A program made the translations under genes and the position numbers. Positions 40,101 to 53,768 of a stretch of DNA of 64,000 bases are shown here, piece after piece (the first letter of the stretch is position 1; each line of letters starts with the position of its first letter). This DNA is from Octopus bimaculoides (lineage: Eukaryota). The stretch spans positions 22,594,788-22,658,787 of the forward strand of contig NC_069006.1 in NCBI RefSeq assembly GCF_001194135.2. Reading direction: 5' to 3'. Under the pieces are notes generated by a model. It saw only the letters and a program-made list of their open reading frames with translations, did not search any database and was not told the origin of the DNA.

Positions 40101-43100
40101 GGTAATCAACAATAACAGTAATTCCCAAAGTAAATATACCCTCAGTAAAACTTGTTTCTTTTCTTTATTTGTTTTTTTTTTATCTCTTTTTGCAGATTAC
40201 GTGATCCGTCTTCATTGGTCCGTAGAAACACAGTCTCTGTTCTCTCTCATCTTATTTTGAATGACATGGTGAAAATCAAGGGACAGATTAGTGAAATGGC
40301 TGTTTGCATCATTGACGAAAATGAAAAAATAAAAGGATTGGCAAAAGTATTTTTTGTAGAACTTTCCCGAAAGGTTAGCAAGAACAATTCCTTTTTTTTA
40401 TGTGTGTTTGTGTTGCTGTGCATGAGAATACCTGTCAAGCTAAGTGAAATCATGGCTGTGGCCAGTGCTGATGACAGGTAAAAAGCACCTGTGGTGGGGA
40501 TACATAAAAGACACCTGGTACACTCTGTAGAGTTGTTGGTGTTAGGAAGGGTATCCAGCTGTAGAAACAAGGCCAAAACAGATGACTGGAGCCTGGTGCA
40601 ACTCTCCAGCTTACCTCCAGTCAAACTGTCTAACCCATGACACCATGGGAAATGGATGTTAAATAATGATGATATATAGACAGATACATATATATTCTAG
40701 CTGTATTTACTTTCAGATACACTGTTAAATGGCTTATTTACATATTCTTTGTTGCTTCTATATTTATGTTCAATATGTATGTATAGCTGCTCTTCATTCA
40801 ATCATTTATGAGATGCCTCTTCATGTAAAATTTCATTGTTATAACTGGTGACTCCATCATTACATATATGTATACATGTGTGTGTGTGTATGCATATTTT
40901 TTACAATCTACAAATTATAGTTGACAAAAGTGATCTGTCTTACAAACCTCATAAGTTATATAGATTGCATGGACTTTGGAACTAGAAAAAAATATTCTTA
41001 AAAAAACTCCCAAACATCTGTTGCTACAAAAACATTGTTGTGATTTATGGGTTAGATTGGCTGAGTTTTAAATAAAATGTTCCCATTTTATTTCACTTTT
41101 TTTTTAGTCTTCAAAAAATAACTTCTTTATAAAAAAAAATAATTCTTTCCGTTTTTTTTTTTTTTTTNNNNNNNNNNNNNNNNNNNNNNNNNNNNNNNNN
41201 NNNNNNNNNNNNNNNNNNNNNNNNNNNNNNNNNNNNNNNNNNNNNNNNNNNNNNNNNNNNNNNNNNNNNNNNNNNNNNNNNNNNNNNNNNNNNNNNNNNN
41301 NNNNNNNNNNNNNNNNNNNNNNNNNNNNNNNNNNNNNNNNNNNNNNNNNNNNNNNNNNNNNNNNNNNNNNNNNNNNNNNNNNNNNNNNNNNNNNNNNNNN
41401 NNNNNNNNNNNNNNNNNNNNNNNNNNNNNNNNNNNNNNNNNNNNNNNNNNNNNNNNNNNNNNNNNNNNNNNNNNNNNNNNNNNNNNNNNNNNNNNNNNNN
41501 NNNNNNNNNNNNNNNNNNNNNNNNNNNNNNNNNNNNNNNNNNNNNNNNNNNNNNNNNNNNNNNNNNNNNNNNNNNNNNNNNNNNNNNNNNNNNNNNNNNN
41601 NNNNNNNNNNNNNNNNNNNNNNNNNNNNNNNNNNNNNNNNNNNNNNNNNNNNNNNNNNNNNNNNNNNNNNNNNNNNNNNNNNNNNNNNNNNNNNNNNNNN
41701 NNNNNNNNNNNNNNNNNNNNNNNNNNNNNNNNNNNNNNNNNNNNNNNNNNNNNNNATTCCGTGTAACATTGTAAGTAGCTTCTTAATATTTCTTGCAACC
41801 TAGAGGTAGTGGTGGCGGCAGCGCTACCTAATTGTTGTTGTGCCTCATGTCAAGACCAATAAAAGGGACTTGTGACATGTTGGTTATGTAGCTGTTATTG
41901 TGTAATCCCATGAACAGCTGGATACCCTTGCTAACACCAACCACCCTGCAGAGTGGACTGAGTGCTTTTTACATGACACAAGCACAGGCGAGGTCAGTTT
42001 TGGCAAGGTTTTTACAGCTGGATGCCCTTACAAATGTCAACCACTTTACAGTGTGAACTGGGTGCTTTTTAAGTGGCACCTGCACTGACAGGGTCACCAG
42101 GTAACTTTGCAAGACAAGGAATCTTTGAGAGGGATGGGGGCGTTGGAAGAGGTAATCTTGTGTCAGATGATGAATGGTTAGAGTGAGACAGAAGCAGGTG
42201 TCTTTCTGTAGAGGAGATACAAGGTTACCCAGCCGGAGAGAGAGAAAGATCGGAGTGAGGACAGAAACAAGTATACTGCCATAAAGGAGTGTGTTTTGTG
42301 TAATGTGTTATGTAATATATGTATGCATGCGCACATGATTTTCTCTTTCTCTCCTTCCAGGACAGAGCGTCAGTGGAATGATTTGGCATTTTGTCTGTCA
42401 TTGCTCACCTTCAATGAGAAATGCATTCTTAAGCTGCAGGAGAACTTCAACTGTTACTCAGACAAACTGGCAAATGACGAACTCTATGAACATATGCTGT
42501 CTATACTGAAAAAGGCTAGGACCCGGTGTAAGATAGAATTTAAGGTGAGTTTGGGATTAGAAAATTACTATTTTTAAATCTCACAACGAGAGATATTCAA
42601 CAACAGTACTTTGGATTAAAGATTGTTTGCCAACATAACATGGCAGTCCTGGTTTAGGACGAATGTTGCTGTAATTTAGCCCCAGGAAACATCATCTCCA
42701 GCTGGCTCTACAACACGATCTGTGCCCTTATATTTTTGAACAAGGGAATCTAGCACCCCCACTCAGCTCAAAACAATATCTGTGTATCGGATTCTGAAAT
42801 CCACTCAGCTCAGTTTTGTCAATCATCTATATTGATTTTTTACTAGTTTTTTTTTTTTTATATATATTTGTTCAGACTACCATTGATGAGATTGAAGCCC
42901 AGATTACTCAGTGCCATACCAAGGGACTTGATGAAGCAATTGCAGATAACGGTTGCGTGTTTAAGACACCTGGAAAAGCTCCTGCAAAGTCCAAGAAGAG
43001 AAGCTCTAGTGCCAGCCGAAAGACTCCAAAACAAAGTAAGCTTTATGTGTGGTCACTTAGAATATTTGATGATTCCTGGTAAGTTCACCATCACCAATTC

Positions 43101-44647
43101 ACACTGCAGGGAAAGTTCACCACAAAGAAAGTTAAGAGAAATAAGCTCACCGTAAAAGAATTAAAAGAAACCTTATTTTTGAACTCTAATATGTTTAATC
43201 ATCAGGTAGAAAACTTCACAGTAAAAAATTTTCTCATGGTGAATTGATGGCAGTGAACTCTCCTACAATGAATTGGTGACAATGAACTTACCTGTAATCA
43301 TATGTGATGGGATAAAAGATGCACGTTTTTGACAAAACCCCACCAAATATGTCTTTAAAAATCTCCCCAGGCCCTATATGCGATTTTGGATCTTTACTGC
43401 ATTAAGGACCAAATACAGTAATTGTTTTTAAACCTTTTTAAGACCAACCTACCTGAGACCAGTCCTGCGTCTATGATACAAATATCCTGTTTTAAAGGGA
43501 TCTAATTTAGATAGGTTTTAATTTAAAACCTATCATCAAAATTTCATGTTAATGTAATAATGTCAAAGTTATTTTACTAGATTCTTCATTATATTCAACA
43601 TCAATTGAAACTAAGGCAGTGTATTCCCACATAGATGCGCTAAGAAAAGGGCCAGGTTTGCTGGGTTTTGTCTTTTCTTTTGTTCATGATTCCCGACTCG
43701 GTTAAAAAACCCATCTTGCAATTGTATGCCAATGTGAAAACATTCATATTTTATAGCCTACACACACACATAAATACAGTATAAAATGTGTGGAGAAATA
43801 ATTTCATTCATGTTCTATTTCAGCTAAAGGTGTCCCGTTGGAATTTAGAGTTACTCCAAGAAAATCACAAAGGAAGAAGAATAAAGCTTCATACTTTTCA
43901 AGTGACAGTGGTGAGTTTGTCCACTTTGCTGTCCTTTCATCCTCCCAGGGTCAATAAACTTCTTGTCTCACAGCCATTCTGACACTTTTGCATTACAGTA
44001 GTCTCAAGCTTTGTTTGATAAAAAATCATATAAAAAAGAAAAGCAAATAAAATGTCAGGGTTATGGCCAACAATTTGATACGTTTTCATTACTTTGGCTT
44101 CTAAAAGTATTAATTTCCACCTTAGCACAAGACCACACACTATCATCATCCAATGTCTGTTTTCCATGCTGGCATGTGTTGGATGGTTTGACAGGAGCTG
44201 GCCTGTCCAGGCTCCAATTAGCATGGTTTCTATGGCTGGATGGCCTTCTTAATGCCAAACACTTTGGAGAGTGTGCTGGGTGCTTTTTACGTGACACCAA
44301 CACTTCCAAGACAAAGACCCCTCAGCTGAGAGAGGGGAAAACCACCTCCTGTCTCCCTCTGATATGACTGGTATTCATTTTTCTATCAATCCTACTGAAA
44401 CTTGGACTCAGAACATAAGCACATGACATTTCGTACACTACTCTGCTCCCACTAGGCCATTGGGTGTCTTACTACAACTTAGTTGGACTGTTTATTTAGT
44501 TTGGTTATTCATGTTTGTCTTTGTCTTTCAGATGAAGAGAATCAACCCTCAGACGACAGCGACAACAGTGATTTCACTCCAGCTTCTAAAACACCCAGCA
44601 AAAGAATAAGATCAACCAGGAAACGAGTCCTCACGCCTGTCAACTAA
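24192..44647 (+). CDS. NCAPD2: Condensin complex subunit 1 (CAP-D2/Cnd1, HEAT-repeat subunit of condensin I)
   Basis: Exons: 24192-24309, 25351-25426, 26084-26142, 26496-26659, 27036-27181, 28238-28359, 29392-29515, 29818-29965, 30222-30344, 30705-30779, 30999-31133, 31477-31561, 31832-31964, 32296-32418, 32640-32713, 32940-33049, 33855-34111, 34616-34700, gap-35484, 35626-35758, 36626-36710, 37296-37439, 37747-37940, 38606-38729, gap-39947, 40196-40373, (exon presumably in gap 41168-41755), 42361-42544, 42876-43035, 43824-43910, 44532-44647 (TAA). Recognisable CAP-D2 motifs include HLNALKM, DVHAFVRSKVLQ, EEELGLTGASAEDDE, RFPNLIEPWT, RLRDPSSLVRRNTVSVLSHLILNDMVKIKGQ and TERQWNDLAFC. Confidence 0.95.
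24840..25200 (-). mobile_element. RTE-type LINE 3' fragment
   Basis: Translates as MEGSCGRGRPRKTWDEVLR, the typical C-terminal GRPRKTW motif. Confidence 0.65.
27367..27782. mobile_element. hAT-type non-autonomous element with 8-bp TSD, inserted in a SINE head and carrying a nested SINE fragment
   Basis: TIRs CAGCGTTTCTCAAC / GTTGAGAAACACTG; perfect TSD GGTTAGAG at 27359-27366 and 27783-27790. Confidence 0.85.
34800..34905 (+). mobile_element. RTE-type LINE fragment
   Basis: Translates as LREKLGRRSIRCSVQERRLHWYGH, the RLxWxGH motif. Confidence 0.6.
36793..37060. mobile_element. Degenerate hAT-like MITE with GACTCC/GGAGTC subrepeats
   Basis: Starts CAGGGCTGTGGAGTCG and has multiple GACTC(C/T)GACTCC motifs; the right end is eroded. 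Confidence 0.4.
43078..43292. mobile_element. MITE-like element with GGTAAGTTCA termini and AAGTTCACC subrepeats (NCAPD2 intron)
   Basis: About 45-bp imperfect TIRs. No TSD discerned. Confidence 0.55.
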
Positions 44648-44699
44648 TTTACACAACTCACTGTTGTTGATGTTCTCACATTCTCTCTCTTTCTCTCCA

Positions 44700-44744
<45 letters not shown>

Positions 44745-46028
44745 GCTTATTTAATGTCTGTTTTCCCACACTAGTATGGGTTAGGCAGAGAGATGTCTGA
44801 GGCAGCATTAGTTCATGTATATGTGCATGTACGTACATATATAAATGTGTGGGTGTGTGTGTGTGTGTGTATATGGATGTATGTACATTTGTGTGTGTGT
44901 GTGTATATATGGATGGATGTACATGTGTGTTTGTGTATATAGATGTATGTACATGTGTATGTGTGTGTGCATGTATGTATGGATGTATGTACATGTGTGT
45001 GTATATGCATATATGGATGTATGTACATGTGTGTATGTGTTATGTATGTATTGGCAAGAAAGTAATTTTGGTTTTTCAGTGTGAAATAGAAGTCATTTTG
45101 TTTGATGACCTTTTGCCCTCTTCCTGGCAACTTCATGATTCTGCACTCATAGAACCTCTGGTCCTTGTCAGACAAAAACTGTATGTATGTATGTAATATA
45201 TATATATGTGTGTATGTATGTATGTGTATTAGTGAGGAGAGCATGTGTATATGTCTGTGTGCACAAATGGTCATCTTAATGTGTGTAGGTGTATGTCTAC
45301 CTTTCTATTTTTTCCTGTGGCCAGTTGAATTTACATCCATCAGATTGCATGCAGAAAACCTTTATATTATTCAACAATGCTAAATGCCCTTAACTTTGAA
45401 TATTTCTGGGACGACAAATCTGAAATGACTCAGAATTGTGTTTCCCTGACAAATGATAGATGACAGCCTTGTGGCTCAAGGGGACTAATGTCACATTGCT
45501 TCTGAGTGAGTACATGTGTGATTTAAGTGGAAGAATTTGAGTTCAATCTTCACTCATTCTAAATAACTGTTCAATGTTCACTTCTACTTTCTGAATTAAT
45601 TATGTTTTTTTTTGTTTGTTTACCTTAACATTTTCATCATTTTCCTTGCTGGCATACATGTTTGTTTGTTTTGTTTTTTTTTTTGTTAACTTTGTTCAAC
45701 TAGTCAACCATCAAAACTTTTTCACTACCAGATGTGTTTTTGTTATTGTTGCTGTTCCACGTAAGCAGACCACAATGGTTTGCATGACAACATGTAGATT
45801 TTTAACCATATTTTCATTAGTTCTAGTACCTTAACTTTGCAATCATTATATCATGTCAAAAAAATAAATCTCTCTTTTTCTTTTTTTTGGTTTCAATTAT
45901 GCAATATTTATAGTCTATCAAAATAAAAGTGAATATTTTTATATCCAGTCAAGTTTCTGTTCACTGATTACACATTATTCTACTTCATATTCTAATTGTG
46001 AGAAAGGTTTATTGGAAAACATGTTTAA

Positions 46029-46225
46029 CCCTTTAGCTTTTAAACTGGTTATATCTAGTCGAAATATTCTACCTGTTTCAAACCAGTCAGGTCCAGCCTT
46101 TCACACCTACCTTACAATATCGTTTTGAAATACAATTTTGAAGCTATGAGATAACGCATGATTAACTCAAAACAATGTGAATAAATAAGCTTTATCTTTC
46201 AGAGAATAATCTGGATGCTGAAGGG
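46029..46225. mobile_element. piggyBac-type MITE (TTAA target)
   Basis: TTAA|CCCTTTAGC...GCTGAAGGG|TTAA. Partial copies of the family occur at ~13130-13357, ~34930-35097 and ~8090-8300. Confidence 0.7.
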
Positions 46226-47274
46226 TTAAACTAGTCTCATCGTTGAAATAACGAGGCTACAAGGTGATCCGTGATTGAATAATTAAGTATTACATTTCAC
46301 AAACGAATCTGAATGCTAAAGGGTTAAAACACAAATATTGTACAAGGTTTAACCTTTTTGATACCAGCTCACCTGAGGCTGCCCCACCCTCCGTTTCTAC
46401 GACACAAATCTACTGTTTTTTACTGATCTGAATTATAATCTTCCATCAAGATCTAATGTTAATTTGTCCCAGACACCAGTTTAATAGCAGGAAAGTTATT
46501 TTACTTTGTTACATGTTTGTGTGTGTGTGTGTGTTTGTCTCCCACACCACTTAGCAACCAATGTTGGTGTGTTTATGTCTCCATAGTTTCTGCAAAAGAG
46601 ACCAATAGAATAAATACCAGGTTTTAAAAAAAATATATATGTACTAGGGGTTGATTCATTCAGGTGGTACTCCAGCATGACCACAGTCTAATGACAAACA
46701 AGGAAAAGATAAAAGACAATTATTCCAAAAATTAACTGAAACAAACACAGCATATGTCAACAGAAATATGATAACGAGTTAAATATTTTATTTCTAAACC
46801 ATATCATGCCTCTTTTTAATTAATGCCTGTCCCTCAGAGCAGCCCTTGACATTTGCTACCATCCAAGTTAAGAACCACTGGTATGGATGAGTATACTCTT
46901 CGTGGGGCTCTATATTAATCAGTTGCAGTCATACACCAGGAAATGAAATAAATATATATGTGTGTGTGTGTGTGGCATATATATATATATTTTTTTTTAA
47001 ATATGTATTTTTGATAAGGTTCGTTTTTTTCTAGAACCGAAACATGTTAAAAATATCTCTGACAAAATTATAAATTAAAAATTCACTTTTTATATATTGG
47101 CGTTTTCAAACTTCTTTTTTATAAATAAATATATATATATATGTGTGTGTGCATATCTGCATGTAGTTTAACACCACAATGTTTGTTCTTGCTGTTGTTT
47201 ATTTATGATCAAGAACATGTCAGTCATGACCATCCTGTCTGTCTTTTAAACATTTTCAGTCTGGGATTACACAT

Positions 47275-49407
47275 TCAGAGAGATGACTTGGAAACTACAC
47301 TCACTATTGGATCACACGAGGAGGCTGGAGTGGCAGTTAATTTAATTCTTATTTCTTGGCCAGCTTTCGACCCCCTAATTACTTCAAGAAGTGCACTTCT
47401 GAAACGGGAACCACTCATACAGTACATGGCGAAGTTGAGGCACCTGTTTAGAAAAAAGATTTAAAAAATCAAGTTTTTTTATTCTCAAATTATGAAAATG
47501 TACCACCAGTGGTACGTATGGCAGTTTAATTTAAAGAACACGTAATTCAGTTGACTTAAACAACTGAATATTCATTTCAAAACTGCCAAAGTCATTTTTT
47601 TTTTTCCTTATAAGCTGTGAAAGCACTGTGGAATTGATGTGTGATTAATCAGCTTAAAATATATGTGTATGTTCTGCAATGACTAGCATCCCATCCAGGG
47701 GAATGTTGTGATTTTGATCTCTACTTATCATCATCATTTAATGTCCACTTTCCATGCTGGCATGTGTTGGACGGTTTGACATGGAGCTGTCCAGACTCCA
47801 ACTGTCTGTTGGGGCATGGTTTCAACAGCTGGATGCCCATCCAAATGCCAACCATTTAACAGGGTGTGCTGGGTGTTTTTTATGTGCCACTGGCATGGGT
47901 GTGCTAATGCAGCACTGGTACGGGTGCTTTTTTAAGTGACACCAGCACCTGAAAAGGCACTTGTATGTGTGGAAGACAGCGATTTTACTTAGCTTGAAAA
48001 GTCTTATCAAGTACAGAAAATCACCACATCTCCGGTCCCTTTTCATTTCCCCATTGCCATAGAAACCAGATAACTGACCCTATGAGTCCTAGGACTTGAG
48101 ACAGCAATGCCCAGGGATTGATGATGATACCAGTGGCATATGGTGGTTGTTATATTGGGTGTGCCGCTACACCTGATGCCACCAAATTTCAAACAGAGGA
48201 ATAACAAAAATTTTCCATTGTGATTAATGAGTGAGATTAATATTTATAATGAATTTGCCATTTTCGATAGGTGTGCAGCGCACACCTAGCACACCTGGAA
48301 TATATGCCCCTGATGGATACATGTGTGTGTGTACACATATGGAAAAGCTACTTACCTGTTAATGTAGAGGAAATAGAAAACAATGGCAAAAGCAAGCTGG
48401 TTGATGGATTTCGTGTGAAGGTCGTTTGGTTCTTGTTCTCTGTTAAAGATGGTGACATATAAAGAATATGGTAGCGTGAGTAGGACAAGGGTGAAGGATT
48501 CTAGAAGCAACATGATAGTGATTTGTCGGCTTTTGGATTGATCCACAGAATGAGAGATTCGTATTGAGTCTGAGAACTTTTTTAATTTCCGTGACATTTT
48601 GGTCTTACTGATGATGATGATGCTGCTGCTGATGAGGATAATGATGAAGGATAGGCAGAGGAAAGAATTGTGAATGGTGGGCCACAGTTTCTCATAGAAA
48701 ATACGGTAGGTATCATTCGGAATGTCGACAGTACACAGCTGTTCTGTGCGACCCAGTGGAACGATGTTAGATGTGAACAAGAAGTGGCTCTCTTTGAGAA
48801 TAACAGTCAAAAGAAGTGTGAATATAACTCTTTTGGCACGTTTTGTCGTGCATAATATTTTTGCTTTCATCGGAAATAGAATGGCAATTGCCTTATCGAC
48901 TGTCATAGCAACAGTGAGAATGATACCATAGTCGCTGCTACCCCATCCAAAGAAATTGAAGAACTTACACATGATGTGAGAATATTCATTCCTGTGAATT
49001 GAATCTGGAAAATTCACATAAAGCCAATGAACTGGTAAGGCTATTAACAGACTCGCTGTGTCAGCTATTGTCCCAGCTATCAGGTACACCGATGAAGAAA
49101 CAGACGAGAACCAGCGCCCAACCATTACTCTGACAACCAAACAGTTACAAATAGCCCCAAGAACGATCAAAATAGGTGGCATATAAAGATTGATGATAAC
49201 AGCAAGCCTGTGTTCCCAGTAGAGGTCAAGTGAGGTGATATTACTGCTACTGCTGTTGTCATTATTCCAGCGGCTCTCTGGGGATGAGGGGTAATGGGTG
49301 GTTCTTGCATGGTAATCATTTTGATGGGGAACCGATAAGTTATTTGAAGAATTCACAAGATGCATTTTATAAATGATTAAAATCAAGAATAATTGCAACT
49401 GAAACAT
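47275..49407 (-). CDS. Class A (rhodopsin-like) 7TM GPCR, peptide/FMRFamide-receptor-like, 2 coding exons, ~406 aa
   Basis: Exon 48356-49407 encodes TM1 to most of TM7 (GAICN in TM1, TIAD in TM2, MCKFF/QLCTV disulfide Cys pair, TVDKAIAI at the DRY position, LTLPY in TM6). It splices AG|gtaagt...ctaaacag|G to exon 47275-47443, giving ...YINRCLNFAMYCMSGSRFRSALLEV...SSL*. The true start could be the second Met (49365). Confidence 0.88.
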
Positions 49408-50730
49408 ATTAAATCTCCATAAAATAGGAACAAAACGATTTTTATTTTCCTCTTTTTGTTTTCTTATTTTGTTAATTTTTTTCTTTCCGTATATGTGTTA
49501 TGGATATATATATATATGTGTGTGTGTTTATAGAGTACATTTTTAAATGCTTGACATATAACTATTGTGACAGAACTCCATAGGTTCCATTATACTCAGG
49601 AACAAATGCTTGGGAAGTTTTTTTATAAAACTTCTGAAGAGGTGATATCTGCAGATAGTTAATCTTATGCACCATCCAGAGTATTTGAGCTCATGTGCTC
49701 CACTCTTATTGCAGCCCCTATTTGTTCCATGTACTTCTCAAGATTTTTATTCAAGATTTATTATCATTATTATTATTATTGTTGTTGTTGTTGCTATTGC
49801 TGTTGTTAAGGTGGCAAACTGCTTCACAGCATTTCTTCGGATATTACATTTGGAGTTTAAATTCTGCCAAGATTGACTTGGACTTTCATTGTTTCTGGGT
49901 CAATAAAATTAAGCACCTGTCAAGCACTGGAGTTATTATAATCAACAGTCCCACTCTCACAAAATTTCAGGCCTTGTGCCTATAATAGAAAGAATGGTTG
50001 TTGTTGTTGTGGGTACTTGACATAGATGAGTGGGATTAAGTGTCAATAATCAACATATAGTGTCTGAGAGGTGAAGGTTTCAATCCTGCAACAGAGAAAG
50101 ATTTAAAAAATATATTTGTCAAATATATACTTAGAGTGATGACAATGACAACGTGATAGTGATGATGGTTGTTGTCATTGTGATGGTGATTGTTGTTGCC
50201 ACACAGTGAGATTGAACCTGAGACCACAGTATTACAGAGTAAAACTCTTCAACAATACATAACAACAACAACAACAATAATAATAATAATAGTTCTTGAG
50301 TATTCAAATAAATCAAATTTTTGCTGCCAAGACAAAGTTGATTTTTGACCTACTTGAGAATAACGAATGGCCAAAGCAACACCAAAGACAACAACAACAA
50401 CAACGACAGCAATAGCAACTACAACAACTGTAAGAGAAGCAACAACTGCAAAAATCTAAGTCTTCTTCCTCCAGTTATAAAACAAGAGGAACCAGAATTA
50501 GAGCTTTTGATTAAGAATGCTTTATGGAGTGTGTGTGTGTGTGTGTAAGTATTTGTGCATTTGTTTACGTTTGTGTATGCATGTGTGTGTATGTGTGTTT
50601 ATTTTCTTGCATACAAGTCTAGAAATATGCCTCTTGTTTGTCATGCTGCTCTTACCATTCCCTTTCCATAATTTCCACTCTTACTGCGTGTCTTTGCATG
50701 TCGCTTTATCTACTTTTACACACAAACAAT

Positions 50731-50785
<55 letters not shown>

Positions 50786-51087
50786 TGTGTGTGTGTGCAC
50801 ANNNNNNNNNNNNNNNNNNNNNNNNNNNNNNNNNNNNNNNNNNNNNNNNNNNNNNNNNNNNNNNNNNNNNNNNNNNNNNNNNNNNNNNNNNNNNNNNNNN
50901 NNNNNNNNNNNNNNNNNNNNNNNNNNNNNNNNNNNNNNNNNNNNNNNNNNNNNNNNNNNNNNNNNNNNNNNNNNNNNNNNNNNNNNNNNNNNNNNNNNNN
51001 NNNNNNNNNNNNNNNNNNNNNNNNNNNNNNNNNNNNNNNNNNNNNNNNNNNNNNNNNNNNNNNNNNNNNNNNNNNNNNNNNNNNNNN

Positions 51088-51136
<49 letters not shown>

Positions 51137-51278
51137 GTGTGTGTGTATATGTTTGTCTTGAATTGCCACTTTTCTCTCTCTTCATTCTCTCTACTCTTGA
51201 TGCATGTCTCTGTGTGTGTGTCTCTCTCTCTCCCTCTCTCTCTCCCTCTCTCTCTATCTCTATCTACCTATCTATCTC

Positions 51279-51310
<32 letters not shown>

Positions 51311-53690
51311 CTTCCTATCTCTCTCCCCTCTTTCTATCCACTTCAACTCTCTCTCAGCTCCAAATCTTCTAATTCTGTTGAGAAAATTACCGCACCACAG
51401 CTGTTGTCTTGAAGGATCTACTTGAAAGTCTCACCGATTGCCAACACAAATGTGATTTAGTGTCGCAAAACCAATTGTTGAGAATTCAATTTTGGTAAGA
51501 TAATTCCTGAAAACAGGGGGAGAAATCGTACGTGTGTGTGTGTGTGTGAAAGAGAGAAAGAAAAAAGATGAAAAGGAAGAAATAGATGAATAACCAAAGA
51601 CATTAAGTTGCTCCAGTGAATAGATAGATTAGTGGTTCTCAACCATTTTATGCCCATCAACCCCATTGATTCCTATTTTATTCAGGTAGACCCAAATAAC
51701 CATTTGATGTTTAAAAAATCCTATTATATTTTTATAATTAAATAGGCACAGGAGTGGCTGTGTGGGTAAATAGCTTGCTTACCAACCACTGTTGATTCTA
51801 TTGTTGTTGTTGTACCTGTTCTTGCTGTTTCTGTTGTTCTTGTTGCTGTTGTAGTTTCTATTGCAAGTGGACCATGGCAGCTAATAGGTCTTCCATGCTA
51901 AGAGCATCCACCATGAGCTTCGAATGTCTCGTCGACACTGTTATGTCCTTCTTTTAACTCACAGTATATGCCACTTTATAATGTGCATGTATGTATATGT
52001 GCGTGTATGTATGTATGTATGTGTGTGTGTATGTGTGTGTGCATTGCAGTGTGAAATGCAAAATTTTGAATCCATTGCGTTAATAATAAAAAACCTGTCA
52101 GACACAAAAATCATTTTATGAAAGGTGACCCCACTCTATTGTCTTTGCTTTCTAAAGCTTAACACTGTGTCTCCATAATTGTTCATCAGAACATCTAAAA
52201 TCTATATATACATAAATCTATATATCAGTAATCTATATGAGTGTGTGTGTGTGTGTGTGTGTGTGACGAAGAAAACGAACAATATCAAACAATTTTTCTT
52301 TTGTCTATTTGCTATAATTTTTTTCTTTAAGTGAAGTGGTAATGATGGTGGTGGAGATGGGGCGTTTAAGTCATACAGTATATTAAATTTTTGAAATCTA
52401 TATGAAAGAAATTTTTCATTCCATGTGTCTTAAAAAGTTTTAACTATTTGTAAGTAATATTTCTTCTCTTCTTCTTTACCTCTCCCTCCCCCTCTTCCTT
52501 CTTCAATCCTGTTTATTTCCAGTTAAATAATCTTCTTTAATATTATTCTAAAGATTTTCTTTCTACTAGATTGGAGTCTTTTGCTCATCATTGAAATTTT
52601 TCTTTGTTGTGTCTTTCTTATACATGTTACCTTAGCCATTGCTTTCATGAATTTTCTGGTCTAGTACCCTCAATCAAACCCTTCTAAACATGTCACCTGA
52701 TTCTCTTCCTGGGGACATCATTTCTCTTTCAAGCTTCCTGTAAATCATAAGTTTTTTTTAAAATTCTAATAGCTTTTTTCTTTGAACTGCTGCTCTCAAG
52801 AATTCACTGCCATTGTGTTGTTTTCCTGTCAGATATAATATTCAGTCTTTTTAGGGTTTCTGTCAATTGATGTCTTCTGAATTTATAGGCCCTTTCCTTT
52901 ACTTCTTTCTAGTTCCATGCACTACAGCGGCCTCAAGCCTTGTTTGGAACAAAATCATATATATATATATATATATATATGACAGACGTCTTTCAGTTTC
53001 CGTCTACCAAATCCACTCACAAGGCTTTGGTCGGCCTGAGACTATAGTAGAAGACACTTACCCAAGGTGTCACGCAGTGGGACTGAACCTGGAACCATGT
53101 GGTTGGTAAACAAGCTACTTACCACACAGCCACTCCTACGCCTATACTTACCACATGTATGCACACACACACACACATGCACAGACACTCACACACACAT
53201 GCACAAATACATTTAAATCTGGAAATGCCAAAACAAGTTGGGCATATTTATAAAAACATATATCTTTTATATGAAGGCTGACAACTGAAAAAATGTTTGG
53301 GGAAATCAACAAATCATCAAAATACAAAAGAAAAAAAGAAAAAAAAAACAATTAAAAACATTATATTTGACTGAAGGATGAAAAATTAGTTTATATCAAC
53401 ACAAAGCACTTGTGTGTGTGTGTGTGTGTATTTTTATTAATATTTAGCAGAAGCAACAGATTGACTCATGGGCCGAGAGTTTTATACGTTTGCACTTTAT
53501 ATATTCGCATACACACATATACATGTATATATATATGTCTGTGTGCGTATACATGTGAGTGTGTGTGTGTGTGCATATACAAGTTTATGTATAAGCATAA
53601 ATATATATATATATCTATTGTTATACTTGGGGACGGTCATATTTTGCCAATTACACACATGCGCTATATACCTGACCTTCACTTCAACTA

Positions 53691-53764
<74 letters not shown>

Positions 53765-53768
<4 letters not shown>

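Noticed and set aside
24310-44531. U85/SCARNA10 homologue expected in NCAPD2 introns
   Set aside because: No U5 loop-1 antisense element (TCTTTAGTAA before CTGA) was found by eye. It could lie in the N gaps, so it is not called.
51410-51496. Short plus-strand open segment ending in TTTTG|GTAAGA
   Set aside because: Weak acceptor, no homology recognised and no partner exons.
52500-52960. Possible highly decayed LINE fragment on the minus strand
   Set aside because: Multiple stops and no unambiguous motif; too weak to call.
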